The notes under the pieces: generated by a model
What the model was told of the DNA's origin: nothing
Seen by the model: only the letters and a program-made list of their open reading frames with translations
The model's database searches: none
Program-made: the position numbers and the translations under genes
From: Octopus sinensis
Lineage: Eukaryota
DNA: 64,000 bases
NCBI RefSeq assembly: GCF_006345805.1
Contig: NC_043014.1
Span: forward strand, 14,570,001 to 14,634,000
Direction of reading: 5' to 3'
In this document: positions 39,102 to 52,033 of the stretch, one piece after another
Layout: each line of letters begins with the position of its first letter
Numbering within the stretch: the stretch's first letter is position 1

Positions 39102-39506
39102 CTGGAATAATCGGAAAACAATGGTAAGGGTTTTTCTATGCTTGATTTTATTCTTACAGAAGTAAGATTATGGTAAATGTTTTTTGCAAAATATCATCAT
39201 CATCGTTTAATGTTCACTTTTCCATACTTGCATGGGTCAGATGATGAAATTTGTCGAGGCATGTTTTCTACGGCTGGATGTCCTTCCTGTTGCCAACCCT
39301 CCCCTGTTTCCAAGCAAGGTAATAATATTTCCCCTTGACTAGGCATATTTTCTACAGAAAACTGGAAATGAACTTCATGCTTGTTTCTATCCATCACATG
39401 ATGTCAAGACAAGGACACACACACACACATGTATCTATATACGTATATACACACACACATACACGTGTATGTATGTTACATCAATGTTAATTTCAATGGT
39501 ATTTTC

Positions 39507-39594
39507 TATAGGGTTGTCCGGAAAGTTCATGCCGATTTATAGTAGCTTACCTTTCGACTTATTTTAGAACATGGTTGAGTCCATAAAATAGGAT
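39507..39594 (+). mobile_element. Mariner-type left-end fragment
   Basis: TA followed by gggttgtccggaaagttcatgccgattt resembles mariner TIRs; no coding sequence follows. Confidence 0.45.
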
Positions 39595-39790
39595 CTATGA
39601 AAATCATGGGGAGAAATGTTACCTTGTTTGGAAACAGGTGAGGTGTCAAGCTGTAAGAAAATCAGCCTCAACAAATTGCGTCTGAACCATGCAAGCACAG
39701 GAAAGAGGATGTTAAATGATGATAATGGTGATGATGATGATGAGTGTAATTAAGGTGAAGAAGATCTGTCAAAGGTTAAGTGTCTCTCAC

Positions 39791-39920
39791 CTGCCTGATG
39801 ACCCAGTCAAGAGCGCTGTAGAAATAGTCGTCTATCCAGGTATTGAGCTTCAGCTGTTGCAGTTCGTCCTGACTCTGCAGCCATGACTGCACCAAGCCTT
39901 TCATGTTTATGTTCTCATCA
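39791..39920 (-). CDS. DYNC2H1: Dynein-2 heavy chain exon
   Basis: 130 nt, cag/gtgaga, phase 2 to 0. Encodes (S)DENINMKGLVQSWLQSQDELQQLKLNTWIDDYFYSALDWVIRQ. Confidence 0.94.
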
Positions 39921-40198
39921 CTGGCAGCAAATAGCATCAAGAAAAAAAATAAGTATGAATAAGAAAAAAAAATGAAAAAAAAACCCACACAGAAAACAAA
40001 CGTAGTTAGGAGAAAACTAAGCTAAATATTTCAAGCAACTCAAATGAATAAGTTTAAGTTTCATTTTGTTGTATTTTGGGAGGGTCATTATATCAATAAA
40101 CACATGCAGTGACTCTATGTCACTTCTTTTAATATTATTACACTGTGTAACAAAATTTAATTTTTTTTTGTCTTTAGTCAATAAGTGATATTTCCTAT

Positions 40199-40602
40199 AG
40201 GAGTGGATCTGTGGTAAGTAGCTTGCTTACCAACCACATGGTTCCGGGTTCAGTGACACTGCATGGCACCTTGGGCAAGTGTCTTCTACTATAGCTTCGG
40301 GCTGACTAAAGCCTTGTGAGTGGATTTGGTAGACGGACGGAAACTGAAAGAAGCCCGTCGTATATATATGTATATATATGTGTGCGTGTGTTTGTGTGTC
40401 TGTGTTTGTCCCCCCCAACATCACTTGACAACCGATGCTGGTGTGTTTACACTCCTGTAACTTAGTGGTTCAGCAAAAGAGACTGATAGAATAAGTACTA
40501 GGCTTACAAAGAATAAGTCTTGGGGTCGATTTGCTTGACTAAAGGTGGTGCTCCAGCATGGCTGCAGTCAAGTGACTAAAACAAGTAAAAGAGTAAAAGA
40601 GT
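40199..40602 (+). mobile_element. tRNA-derived CORE-like SINE (representative of the most abundant family)
   Basis: ggagtggctgtgtggtaag head, ccttgggcaagtg CORE-like motif, internal (TA)(TG) tract, (aaaagagt)n tail. Many copies in both orientations, e.g. 6638, 14538, 22084, 24017, 26495, 38137, 43926, 58320. Confidence 0.85.
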
Positions 40603-41745
40603 ATCTAGAAATCAAAGGAAATGACTGCTACTCCCTCCAAACTTTTGCTGTTGCCAACCCTCACCCATTTTCAAGCATGTTTTGAAATTGAACTGTTTTC
40701 CATTACATTTCAGACTGATTCAGTGCTGAGTTGCTGAAGCAGAAATATCGTTATAGCAAATATTCTACTCAATACTACAGACTTGCTTGTTAGTTGCTTG
40801 ACCTTAACCACTGGAGCATGTTCCTTAATGGCTGAGAATATCCGAATCTCTGATTGTGGGCAGGAGTAGTGAGGAGCATCATAGCTATGTCTTGAGAAGG
40901 ATTCTTTAGGATTTGAATAAATATAGTAACAAAAGCAAAGCCTGAAGGAACTATTAGCCACTTTTCATACTTTCTAGGGGTAAGCAAATAGGAAATAAGA
41001 GTTGCTGTCCAAGGACAAAACTTGTGTTACACAGTGTTATTAATTGTCAATTGGTGAAACATTTAACTAATTAACTAGTCAATTATTTGATTAAATCTTC
41101 AGTCAATCAATAAATCAGCAAGGTGGTAGTGTGCTGTAAGAATTGTTACAGTGCTGTGCCAAATGCTTGGTGATATTTCATCTGTCTTTATGTTCTGAGT
41201 TCAAGTTCTGCCAAGGTTGGTTTTGCCTTTGATCCTTTCGGGGTCAATAAAATAAGTACCCATTGAGGAGTGGGGTTGATGTAATTGACTTAATCCCTCC
41301 CCTACTGAAATTGCTGGTATTGTACCAAAATTTGAAACCAATAATTCAGCCTGGTTTGTCAAAGTCCTTTCGTTGCCATTCACGACATCATCAATGATAT
41401 GCCTTCTGGATTCCAAATCTTCTTCTGAATGATTAATCAATCAACTGATTGGTTAATTAATTAAATGATTAACCAACTGACTAATGATAATAATAATAAT
41501 AATAATAATGATAATAATAATCCTTTCAACTAAAGGCACAAGGCCTGAAATTTGTAGGGGAGGGGACTAGATGATTACACTGACCCCAGTGTTTCACAGC
41601 TACTTAATCTATCGACCCTGAAAGGATGAAAGGCAAAGTTGACCTTGGCAGAACTTGAACTCAGATCATGCAGACAGACAAAATGCTGCTAAGCATTTTG
41701 CCCGGCATGCTAGCTCACCGCCTTACTACTACTACTACTACTAAC

Positions 41746-41783
<38 letters not shown>

Positions 41784-41785
<2 letters not shown>

Positions 41786-42301
41786 CCTCCTCATTGATAT
41801 GACTGTCCCAATCGATATAAACGTATCTGTCAAGACCTACCAAAAACTGAGCAAATATAAAGATCTTGAAATAGAAATCAGCAAAATGTGGAAGCTGAAG
41901 ACTAAAACAATACTTGTTGTCATAGGTGCCCTGGGAATGATAGCGAAAGGGACTGATTGCTACCTAACTCAGATACCAGGAAACCCCAAAATGGCAGAAA
42001 TTCAAAAGATAGTGCTCATGGGAACTGCTCATATCCTACGCAAAATACTCTCTATGTAATCCCAAGGTTTAAAACAAACTTTTTTTTTATTTAATCCCAA
42101 GGTTTAAAACAAACTTTTTTTTTATTTATTTATTTTTTATTTTATTTATTTTTTTTATGTATTAGACATTCACTAGTACAACACCAAAAAAAAAAAAAAA
42201 ACCCCAAATATATGGCACAGAACTTCTAACCTGTTGTCTCTTGAGGTCTCTGGGTGAGACTTGGAGCCAACTTGTACAAACATAAAGCAAAAGTCAAACA
42301 G
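41784..42301 (+). mobile_element. 5'-truncated R4/Dong-type LINE (restriction-like endonuclease C-terminus)
   Basis: CLLIDMTVPIDINVSVKTYQKLSKYKDLEIEISKMW...VVIGALG...IQKIVLMGTAHILRKIL, flanked on both sides by (AAT)n. Confidence 0.8.
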
Positions 42302-43870
42302 AATAATAATAATAACAGAATAATAATAATAACAGAAGTGAAACTGAACCAGTGTGTGTGCTTAGTATTGGCATAATGACACTACCAAGATACAACAAAA
42401 TATATTTCAACACAAGAATCTTGCAAACTCAATACAAAAATTAAATATAAGTTTCATTAAGTTAAAGAAAAAAAAAAACAAGAAAGAAAAAGAAGAAAAA
42501 GAAAAACGAAAATTTGAATCAATTTAGATACTGGCTTTGGATGAGGTTTTTTTTTGTTTGCCAAAAATGGCAATTCAATCAGAATGTTGTAAAAATCCTA
42601 AGTGAATTTCATTAACGATGTCATCATTAAGTAAATAAAATGAATTCTGATATTTTCTGAGAAGGTAGGCTGTTACTGACTTCATCTGTGCTGAAGCTAA
42701 TTAATGAAGATGAATTCCCAGGATGTATGTATCTACCACCATACTTACACACTGGACACAGATGACTATTTTTATTGGCAAAGATGGAATGGCTCTCACA
42801 CACGCACACACATGAATATATGTGTGTATGTGTATGCCTAAGTGTATTGATATCACAGTATCATGGTATTGAACAGAATATTGGATGTTACACTTCATTG
42901 GCCATAATGCACTTTGCACTGTTTTAGCTTCCAAATGATTCCACCCCGCTGGCTAGACGAGTAAGTAAACACTTTCCCTGATTGGAAGACCATTCCGTTT
43001 CAGGAATTCCATTTATAGCTGAGTTGACTGGCGCAATGTAAAATTAAGTGTTTTGCTCAATAACACAACATGCCACCCACTCAGGAAGTGAACCCATGAC
43101 CTTGCAATTGTGAGTGCAATGATCTAACCACTAGGCCACATACCTTTACATGTATTGATATATGGTGAGTAAAATTATATGAACAAATAAAAATACAGTA
43201 CTAATTGTACATCATCATCATTGTCATCATCGTTTCATGTCCACCTTCATGCTGGCATGGGTTGGACGGTTTGACAAGAAAGAGCTGGCCAGGCAGAAGA
43301 CTGCACCAGACTTCTACGTCTGTTTCGGCATGGTTTTTACAGCTAGATGCCTTTCCAAACACCAACCACCCTGCAGTGTGGGCAGAGTGCTTTTTACATG
43401 GCACCAGGTACAGGTGAGATCAGTTTTGGCATGGTTTTTACAGCTGAATTTGCTTCCAAATGCCTACCACTTTACAGTTGGGACTGAATGCATTTTAAGA
43501 GGCACCATCATTGGCAATTCATTTCTAAGTGTAGAACTCGAAGTAGATAAAACTATAAATAGTAACTTGTAAATATTGGGGTAAAAAAATAACCCTTTCA
43601 GAGAGAAAAAGTCAAAGGATGTCCATGGGGCTTGAACCCACATCAGCAAGCATGACAGGAGTTCTACCATTAGACTAAAGCAACCCTTTAAATTGTCTCT
43701 ATCTATTTTAGAAGCTATGTACTTACTAATGAGAATTGTATGTTGTTTACATTATAAGAATTTAGAAACTCTGAGACAAAGTGAAATAATTTGTTTTAAC
43801 TGTACATATAAACCTATAAATAATAACATGTGTATATGTATAATATATGCATATGTATAATATATGTGTG

Positions 43871-43913
<43 letters not shown>

Positions 43914-44315
43914 ATAATATATGCACAGGAGTGACTGTGTGAAGTAGCTTGCTTACCAACCACATGGTTCCGGGTTCAGTCCCACTGTGTGGCATCTTGG
44001 GCAAGTGTCTTCTACTATAGCCCCGGGCCGACCAAAGCCTTGTGAGTGGATTTGGTAGACGGAAACTGAAAGAAGCTTGTCGTATATATGTATATATATA
44101 TGTATGTGTGTATGTTTCTGTGTCTGTGTTTGTCCCCCTAGCATTGCTTGACAACTGATGCTGGTGTGTTTATGTCCCTGTCACTTAGCAGTTCAGCAAA
44201 AGAGACCGACAGAATAAGTACTAGTCTTACAAAGAATAAATCCTGGGGACAATTTGCTCGACTAAAGGCGGTGCTCCAGCATGGCTGCAGTCAAATGACT
44301 GAAACAAGTAAAAGA

Positions 44316-44349
<34 letters not shown>

Positions 44350-44521
44350 CGTAAGGGGGATTAGCCATCTGAATGTGGCTAGGGACAGGGCGGGTGGTGG
44401 GGGTGTTACTGATGCTTTTAGCCCCAGGCGATCATCAACGTCACCAGAAGGGCTGACACCATCTCAGTGTCCTTGTTTGCCTGCAAAGGGAGGTCATCCT
44501 CCCTCGAAGATACGGATACTA

Positions 44522-44564
44522 CATACGGACCGGTTTCGAGGTCATTGCCTCTTATCAACGCATG
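44522..44564 (-). ncRNA. Minimal type I hammerhead ribozyme, U3-A8 core variant
   Basis: Minus strand reads CATGCG-TTGATAA-GAGG caatga CCTC-GAAA-CCGG-TC-CGTATG: 6-bp stem I, 4-bp stem II, palindromic ACCGGT stem III, GUC cleavage triplet. Confidence 0.8.
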
Positions 44565-45798
44565 GTAAGCACCGTTCCTCGATGAAGGATTCCCTCTACA
44601 GGCTACATATATAAGGTTTTTCACAGTAACTACTGTCACTGACGTAGAAAAACTGTCTGAAAACAATAATAAATCTCTGAACGAGACGTTCAGAGATTTA
44701 TTATTGTTTTTTATATATATATATATATTGTACATACTAAGATCTGTGAAGCCAAGTGAGATCATAGTCATGGCCGTTGCTGGTGTTTCATAACCGGCAC
44801 CCATGCCAGTGGCATGTAAAGAGCACGGACTACATTCTTGGAGTGGTTGGCATTAGGAAGGACATCCAATAGTAGAAACCATGGCAAATCAGGTTGGAAC
44901 ATGGTGTAGCTCCCCAACTTACCAGGATGGAAAATGGACTTTAAATGATGATGATGATGACACACACAGATATGATGACAGCATCACATGACTGGCATCC
45001 ATGCTAGATGAGTGCTAAGAGCACCATCTGAGTGTGACCGTTGCCAGGGCCGCTGACTGCCCCCCCCCCATGCCAGTGGCATGTAAAAAGCACCATTCCA
45101 GCATGATCGTTATGAGTGTCGCTTTGCTGGTGGTATGTGAAAAACAACATTCAAGTAAGGTCATTGCTAGTGCTGCTGGACTGGCTCCTGTGCAGGTGAC
45201 ACGTAAAAGAACCATTTGAGTGTAGCTGTTGCCAGTACCACCAAACTGGCCCTCATACCGGTGCCATGTAAAAGCACCCACTTAACTCTTGGAGTGGTTG
45301 GCATTAGGAAGGGCATCCAGCTGTAGAAACTTTGCCAGATCAGATTGGAGCCTGGTGCAGCCATCTGGTTCGCCAGTCCCCAGTCAAACTGTTGAACCCA
45401 TGCCAGCATGGAAAGCAGACGTTACACAAAGATGATGATGATATATATATGTATATTGATATATATATTAATATATGTGTACATGTCTATGTATGTATGT
45501 GTGTATATACACAAGTATATATACATATTATAATATATTTCATAATATAATTTATATAATTTTTTTCTAAAAATAATTAGTTTATATGATTTTAACCTAT
45601 TTATCCATTGCGCATTTGGATTCATCTTAAAACACTATAATCTACTTAAACATGTAAACTTAGCTCTTATTATATATCATTCGCCTGAACTATATGCTCT
45701 TTCAACAGAGCATTTGAAGTTTTAAAATTCTTAAAACATTCTTATGTTTTTTAAAATTATTAAAAAAAATCCCTTCTGTAAATCCTCTTAAACTACCT

Positions 45799-45878
45799 CT
45801 GATGAGAGAAATGTAGATGTTTGTTATGGTTGGAAATAATATGGCTATTCCAACCTACATATTCTCGAAACAGCCGTT
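45799..45878 (+). ncRNA. Degenerate hammerhead motif
   Basis: CTGATGA-gagaaatgtag...ctacatattctc-GAAA-cagccg-tt. Stem II is good, but stem I is not recoverable. Confidence 0.5.
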
Positions 45879-46064
45879 AAAATTTATATCTGCTGAAGAT
45901 TCTTCATACCACCGTTTCATCTATATGGATTACCACTTTACATCCACCATGTGCATCTTTTAATATCCTCATTGATTTCTAATACGGATATACAACCTCA
46001 TAAGATCTCATGAAAATATATTTATGATTTATATGTGTTTACATATTAAAATATTTTTATATCA

Positions 46065-46129
<65 letters not shown>

Positions 46130-46537
46130 AACATAAATTGTATCCCTTGTGTTCTGTTTTCAATTTATAGTTTGATATATTCTCTCACCTCTGCCACTAT
46201 CTGACATATACAGGTGCTTACACTTATCAAGAATTCCCACTAAACTTACAGTACATATATATATATATATAAATTATAATCATTACCTTTGAAGGTTTTT
46301 ATTCCCATGCTGGCCACTTGATAAGTTCAATATTTGAATAACGCTCTTATCCTTATTTATATAAATTTATATATATACGAGTGCACCTATGTATGCTGTG
46401 AAGCATTCCGATATTGTGAAATATACTGAGTGATTAAGAACACTGACTTCTGAAATTTGTCCTCTCTTTCTTGATCTTATATATATATAAATAAATATAT
46501 ACATATGTAAGAATGTATGTACGTATGCTAGCAAAAA

Positions 46538-46575
46538 CTGTCCGACGAACGGGAATGTGAAACTCAGAGTAGCAG
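46538..46575 (+). ncRNA. Compact hammerhead motif, U4C core
   Basis: CTGT-CCGACGA-acg ggaa tgt-GAAA-CTCAGAG-TA-GCAG. Confidence 0.65.
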
Positions 46576-46659
46576 GTTTAGTTGAATTTTCTGCTGTATG
46601 TATATATATGTAGATATATTTTACACTCTAAGGAGACCTCCAAGCATTTTTGCAAGACA

Positions 46660-46795
46660 AAACTTAGACTGATGACCAGAAGAATAGAGGAAAACTGAAA
46701 ACTACATGGCACAGAACATTCATAACAGATATGGGAGAGACCAACATCAGATGGCTAGATGCAGAGAAAACTGCAGCCACTAGAAATCAGTGGTT
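46660..46795 (+). mobile_element. RTE LINE C-terminal fragment
   Basis: KNRGKLKTTWHRTFITDM...W..AEKTA.TRNQW. Confidence 0.65.
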
Positions 46796-47382
46796 AGGGC
46801 AGCAGTTTCGATTCCCAGACCGGGCATTGTGAGTGTTTATTGAGCGAAAAGCTCTACGAGGTTCCGGCACGGGGTGGTGGTGAACCCTGCTATACTCTTT
46901 CACCACAACTTTCTCTCACTCTTTCTTCCTGTTTCTGTTGTACCTGTATTTCAAAGGGCCAGCCTTGTCACACTCTGTGTCATGCTGCATCTCCCCGAGA
47001 ACTAGATTAGGGTACATGTGTCTGTGGAGTGCTCAGCCACTTGCACGTTAATAAATGAGCTGCGACGTTACTGGTGCCAAGCTGTATTGGCCTTTGCCTT
47101 TCCCTTGGATAACATTGGTGGCGTGGAGAGGGGAGGCTAGTATGCATGGGCAACTGCTGGTCTTCCATAAACAACCTTGCCCAGACTTGTGCCTCAGAGG
47201 GTAACTTTCTAGGTGCAATTCCATGGTCATTCACGAATGAAGGGGGTCACAACAAACGTGCTGCCCAGTGTGTTTGAGAGAATGCAGGAGGAACTGATAC
47301 CGATACTAACACACTGTCTTATTGTTTCTTCAGCTTAGTTAAACGAGATAAAAGGTATCTGCAGTGGTTATAACAATCTTAC

Positions 47383-47590
47383 CTGAGAAATATCATGCCC
47401 ATACGTGATATCGTGGCAGGGGACGCATTGACAAGATCATGGGTCTCAAATATGAAGTTCACATTCGGTCCAAATTGAATCCGCTCCCCTGACGGCATGG
47501 TCAAGAGTCTGTTGTCGTCCAGTACAGAATTCAAGGATTCAATCCATTCAGGATCAATATCCCCATCGCATATAATCCAGGAATGAATAT
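47383..47590 (-). CDS. DYNC2H1: Dynein-2 heavy chain exon (AAA2 Walker B region)
   Basis: 208 nt, cag/gtaaga, phase 1 to 2. Encodes [68 protein letters not shown]. Confidence 0.97.
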
Positions 47591-48930
47591 CTGTCAAAGT
47601 AAAAACCACAAACAACATTAGTGATAATGACTACAGGGCGCATGGCACTTGTTGCACCAAACCAATACAGGTTTGAAGGGCAACAGGGCGGGACTGGCTT
47701 TGCACAAAGTGTGCAAGTTTTTGAGGAGAGGAGGAAGTTGGTTACATCAACCCCCAATACTCAACTGGTACATACTTTATTGACACCAAAAAGACGAAAA
47801 GCAACACTAACCTAGGCAGAGTTTGAACTCAGAATGTAAAGATAGGTAACATGCCACCACTAAGCATTTTGTCCAGCATACTGAGTATTCTACCAAATTG
47901 CTGTCCACTATGATAATAAGAAGACCTTGTTGCATCGTAAAGTAATTTATCGATCTTCAGTGTGTGTGTGTGTATGTCGTATCTAGGTAGCCTTTATCAC
48001 CTATCTGTTATTTTTTTATTCACTGGATTGTGGCCATGCTGGGGCACTGTCTCGAAGGTCAAGCAAATTGCCTTCATTACTTATTTTTAAATTTGGTACC
48101 TGTTCTATTGGTCTCTCTTGCAGAACTGCGAAGTTACAGGGATACAGATGGGCCAACACTGGTTATCAAGTGGTGCTGCTGGTTGGGATGGACATAGACA
48201 CACACATATTTGCATACAAACACACATACACACAATGCATATGCATAGACATGCATGCACACAATGCAGATATATATGCACACACACATGCATACACATA
48301 CATGTGCATACACACACTAATGTATACACACATGCATACACAAAATGAAAGTACATACACATGTATACACACATGCATACTCACACACAAGCATGCACAC
48401 AGAAATGCATACACACACACATATATATCATGAACTTTCACACATTTTCCATTGACCAAAAGTCATTGACAAGGCATTGGTCCAGGGCTATATTACAAAC
48501 ACTTGCCGAAGGTGCCATGCGGTGGGACTGAACCCACGACCACATGGTTGCAAAGCAAGCTCCCTAACCACGCAACCATGCCTGTTCCTAACGTTTATGC
48601 ATCTAAAAAAAATGAATACAAAGAATTGAATAAGAATGAAATATAGAAATCTACAAAAACATATTGTTTTGCAGAAAAAAAAAACAAAATACAGAAATAC
48701 ACTGCAATTCCAAATAAAAGACTGGAATAATTGAAATATTTTCATATTTAGTCTATGAAGATAACAATTTGGAAAATGGTGATAAATAATAATTTCTTGA
48801 ATACATATAAAGGAAGGAATATGGCAATAAATAATGATAAGATTTCATCAAGGGAAAATACAGACGCATCAATAATTTTATGAGATACTAGATTCTTTGG
48901 TGAGAATTTTATAGAATTGAAAATAATTAC

Positions 48931-49018
48931 CAAGAGGTTCTTTGACTACTTGGCGGGCGCTGTTTGTAAGAACTCCATCAGTCCATTCACGAGTATCCAT
49001 ATCGATGTGACCAAGCAG
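48931..49018 (-). CDS. DYNC2H1: Dynein-2 heavy chain exon (AAA2)
   Basis: 88 nt, tag/gtaatt, phase 0 to 1. Encodes LLGHIDMDTREWTDGVLTNSARQVVKEPL(D). Not in the supplied ORF track. Confidence 0.96.
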
Positions 49019-49421
49019 CTAAATATATAAGAACAAAAGATGCCAATATCATTAAACAATATACAAATAACACACACACACACACACACAATGTAATCTC
49101 TCTCCCTCCCACTCTCACTTTCTCTCTTACTCTCTCTCCCTCTCTGAACCATGTGGTTGGGAGGTAAGCTTCTTATCACACAACCCACAACCATGCCTGC
49201 ACCTCTTTACTCTTTTACTTGTTTCAGTCATTTGACTGAAACAAGTAAAAGAGTAAATTGACCCCAGGACTTATTCTTTGTAAGCCTAGTACTTATTCTA
49301 TTGGTCTCTTTTGCCGAACTGCTAAGTTACAGGGACGTAAACACACCAGCATCGGTTGTTAAGTGATGTTGGCAGGACAAACACAGACACAAAAATATAT
49401 ACACACACACACACATATATA

Positions 49422-51094
49422 TCTCTTATTATAAAAGGCAGATTTTATCTGCCTCCCTTTGTCTCTTATAGAAATCTACAATATAGGATTTCTTCAATTA
49501 CAATTTACCTAGCATATTTAAGAGTAGAATGCATCGGGTCGTGCCAGGTCCGGTTTTTCAAATTTCAACCCCAATTAAGCAAAATTTACAGAAAACTCAC
49601 ATTGTGGTGTTTAAGTCAAATGCTTTTCTTAGTGTGGGCTACAGCACACGCACACGCACACACACACAAACGGAGCGAACTGTTTCACTGACGCTATCAC
49701 CCTAATTTCTCCTCCTTTGTCTTTGCAAGTGTGCAACGATTAAAGTGAAAGTAATTCACTTTTTGTAGTGAGTGACTCTTTCACTCTGCATTCCCACTTC
49801 CTCTTTACACACATAGACACGCAAATATATAAATAAAATTGTAAGCTAACGTGTGTGTGTGTGTGTGCGTGTGTGTGAGTGTGTGTGTGTGTGTGCGTGT
49901 GTGTGTGAGGGTGCGTGTGTGTGTGCGTGTGTGACAGGAAAGTTTTTTAGGACGAATATAAGACCTAAAGTATATCCAAGTAGCAGAAAGATCGCCCAAA
50001 AGTGTATATAGATATTTAAATGTATTTATATATTCATCTATACACAGATGTATGTATAATGTGCATGTATATATTTCCATAGAGGTAACCTTTCACTCCA
50101 TACAAAGTTTTTTAGGACGAAAATAAGATCTAAAGTTATCTCTAAGTAGCACAAAGATCGCCCAAAAGTGTATATAGATATATAAATGTATTTATATATT
50201 CATCTATGCACACATGTATGTATAACGTGTGTGTATATATTTCCATAGAGGTAACCATTCACTCCATACAAAGTTTTAAAAGAAAGGTTGTGTGTCTGTC
50301 TACTCCGATTTAGATTCCTAACTACTCCCACATTTTGCGATGCAGTTTAACCAAAACTGGGTATCTTATAGTCGTGATTCATATCGAGCCTTTCTGGGTA
50401 TTAGTGCGCGTCTACGATGAGTCTACGATTTTACAAATAATTTACCATCATTTTTTCCCATTTTAATGCATATTTTTTTTAATAAAGGGAAGTAACTCTC
50501 AAACTTCACACCAATATGCGTGCTCATATGCGACGTAATATCACATCAGCAGCATTTCCTCACACCCTCCTTGCACTTGGTGAAGGCAAAATACCAGGGG
50601 ATGAAAATGGTAATATTGCCATCGATTCCATTTGTACCATCTCAGAGATGCAGTGTTCCCAGATCTACAAGCTAATTATCAGAATATGGATTGGATTGGC
50701 AAAAAGGCTATACTGGCCCCGAGGAATAAAACTGTTCACCATATTAATGATGAAATGCTAAAACTCATTCCTGGGGAAGTCTATGTATATCAGTCTATCG
50801 ATACAACTCCTGACCCAGAGGACGTCATCAACAATCCAATAGAGGTACTCAATTCCTTTGAGCACCCCGGACTACCACCACATTTTCTCTAACTTAAAGT
50901 TGGTGCCCCTATAATGCTCATCAGAAATTTGGTTACCCCAAAACAATGCAATGGCACACGTTTGATCGTTAAGTCCTTATCTCCCACCGTAAACTTATAT
51001 CAATATTTGCCTGAATAATCATCATAATTCAGTGCAATCATTAACAGTACTTTCAAGCAATTCAGCCCCGAGCAACGCTGGGCAATTCTGCTAG
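49422..51094 (+). mobile_element. Composite Helitron carrying a PIF1-like helicase fragment
   Basis: 5' A|TC end; 3' hairpin ccccgagcaacgctggg followed by CTAG|T. 50500-50990 encodes LLALGEG...KAILAPRN.TVHHIN...LNSFEHPGLPPH.L.LKVGAPIMLIRNL...CNGTRLIV. Internal tandem duplication of about 167 bp at about 49943-50276. Confidence 0.9.
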
Positions 51095-51856
51095 TATATA
51101 TATATACATATATACGATGGGTTTCTTTCAGTTTTCGTTTACCAAATCCACTCACAAGGCTTTGGTCGGCCCGAGACTATAGTAGAAGATACTTTCCCAA
51201 GGTGTCATGCAGTGGGACTGAACCCAGAACCATGTGGCTCGTAAGCAAGCTGTTTACCACACAGCCACTCCTATACCTACAGGTAAAAAAATGGTCGAGA
51301 ACCACTGTAAATGTCTGAAAATAGTCAGTCAATTATTCAGCATGAAATGACAGTCTGGTTTCATTTATTGTCTTATTAAAATTAGGGTCACGGAAGTCAT
51401 TTGTAGAATATATGAATGGGCTCTCTGATATTTGGGAAAACAATATAACAGATTCTGTGAAAGATTCCTTTGTGTTGGCTGTAGCAAAACTAACTGCTCA
51501 TGAGGGAGCAGGGCTGGTTACATATACAATGATAATAAATGCGCCCTTTTAAAGCTTAGCCAGGCTCATAGGCCTGGTTTCCTGGTTTCAATGGCATATG
51601 TGTTCCCCAGCTGGATGGGACGCCAGTCCATTGCAGCGTTACTCATTCTTGCCAGCTGAGTGGACTGGAGCAACATGAAATGAAGTGTTTTGCTCAAGAA
51701 CATAATGCGTCGCCTGGTCCAGGAATCGAAACCACAATCTTACAATCATGGTTCTGACACCGTAACCACTAAGCCACGCGCCTCCACTACATATACAATA
51801 ATGACAATAACAATAACAAAACAGTTTTAAAAAATATTAACAGACTTGTAACATAC

Positions 51857-52033
51857 CTGAGTTCTTGGCATGGCCTTTGGATTCATTGTGTACTGTTTTA
51901 CTGTCTGACCGATCTTTGCTAAGGCTTGGCGTAGAACTGACCAGAGAGTGGACTTGCCGGAACCACTTGGTCCAACAATTACGATGCCCATCCTTTGTTT
52001 CAGCTGTTCATAGAGTTCCAGGGCTTTCTTCAC
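51857..52033 (-). CDS. DYNC2H1: Dynein-2 heavy chain exon (AAA2 Walker A), first exon found in window
   Basis: 177 nt, cag/gtatgt. Encodes VKKALELYEQLKQRMGIVIVGPSGSGKSTLWSVLRQALAKIGQTVKQYTMNPKAMPRTQ, matching my recollection of DYNC2H1 AAA2 (GPSGAGKST...MNPKAMPR). Confidence 0.96.
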
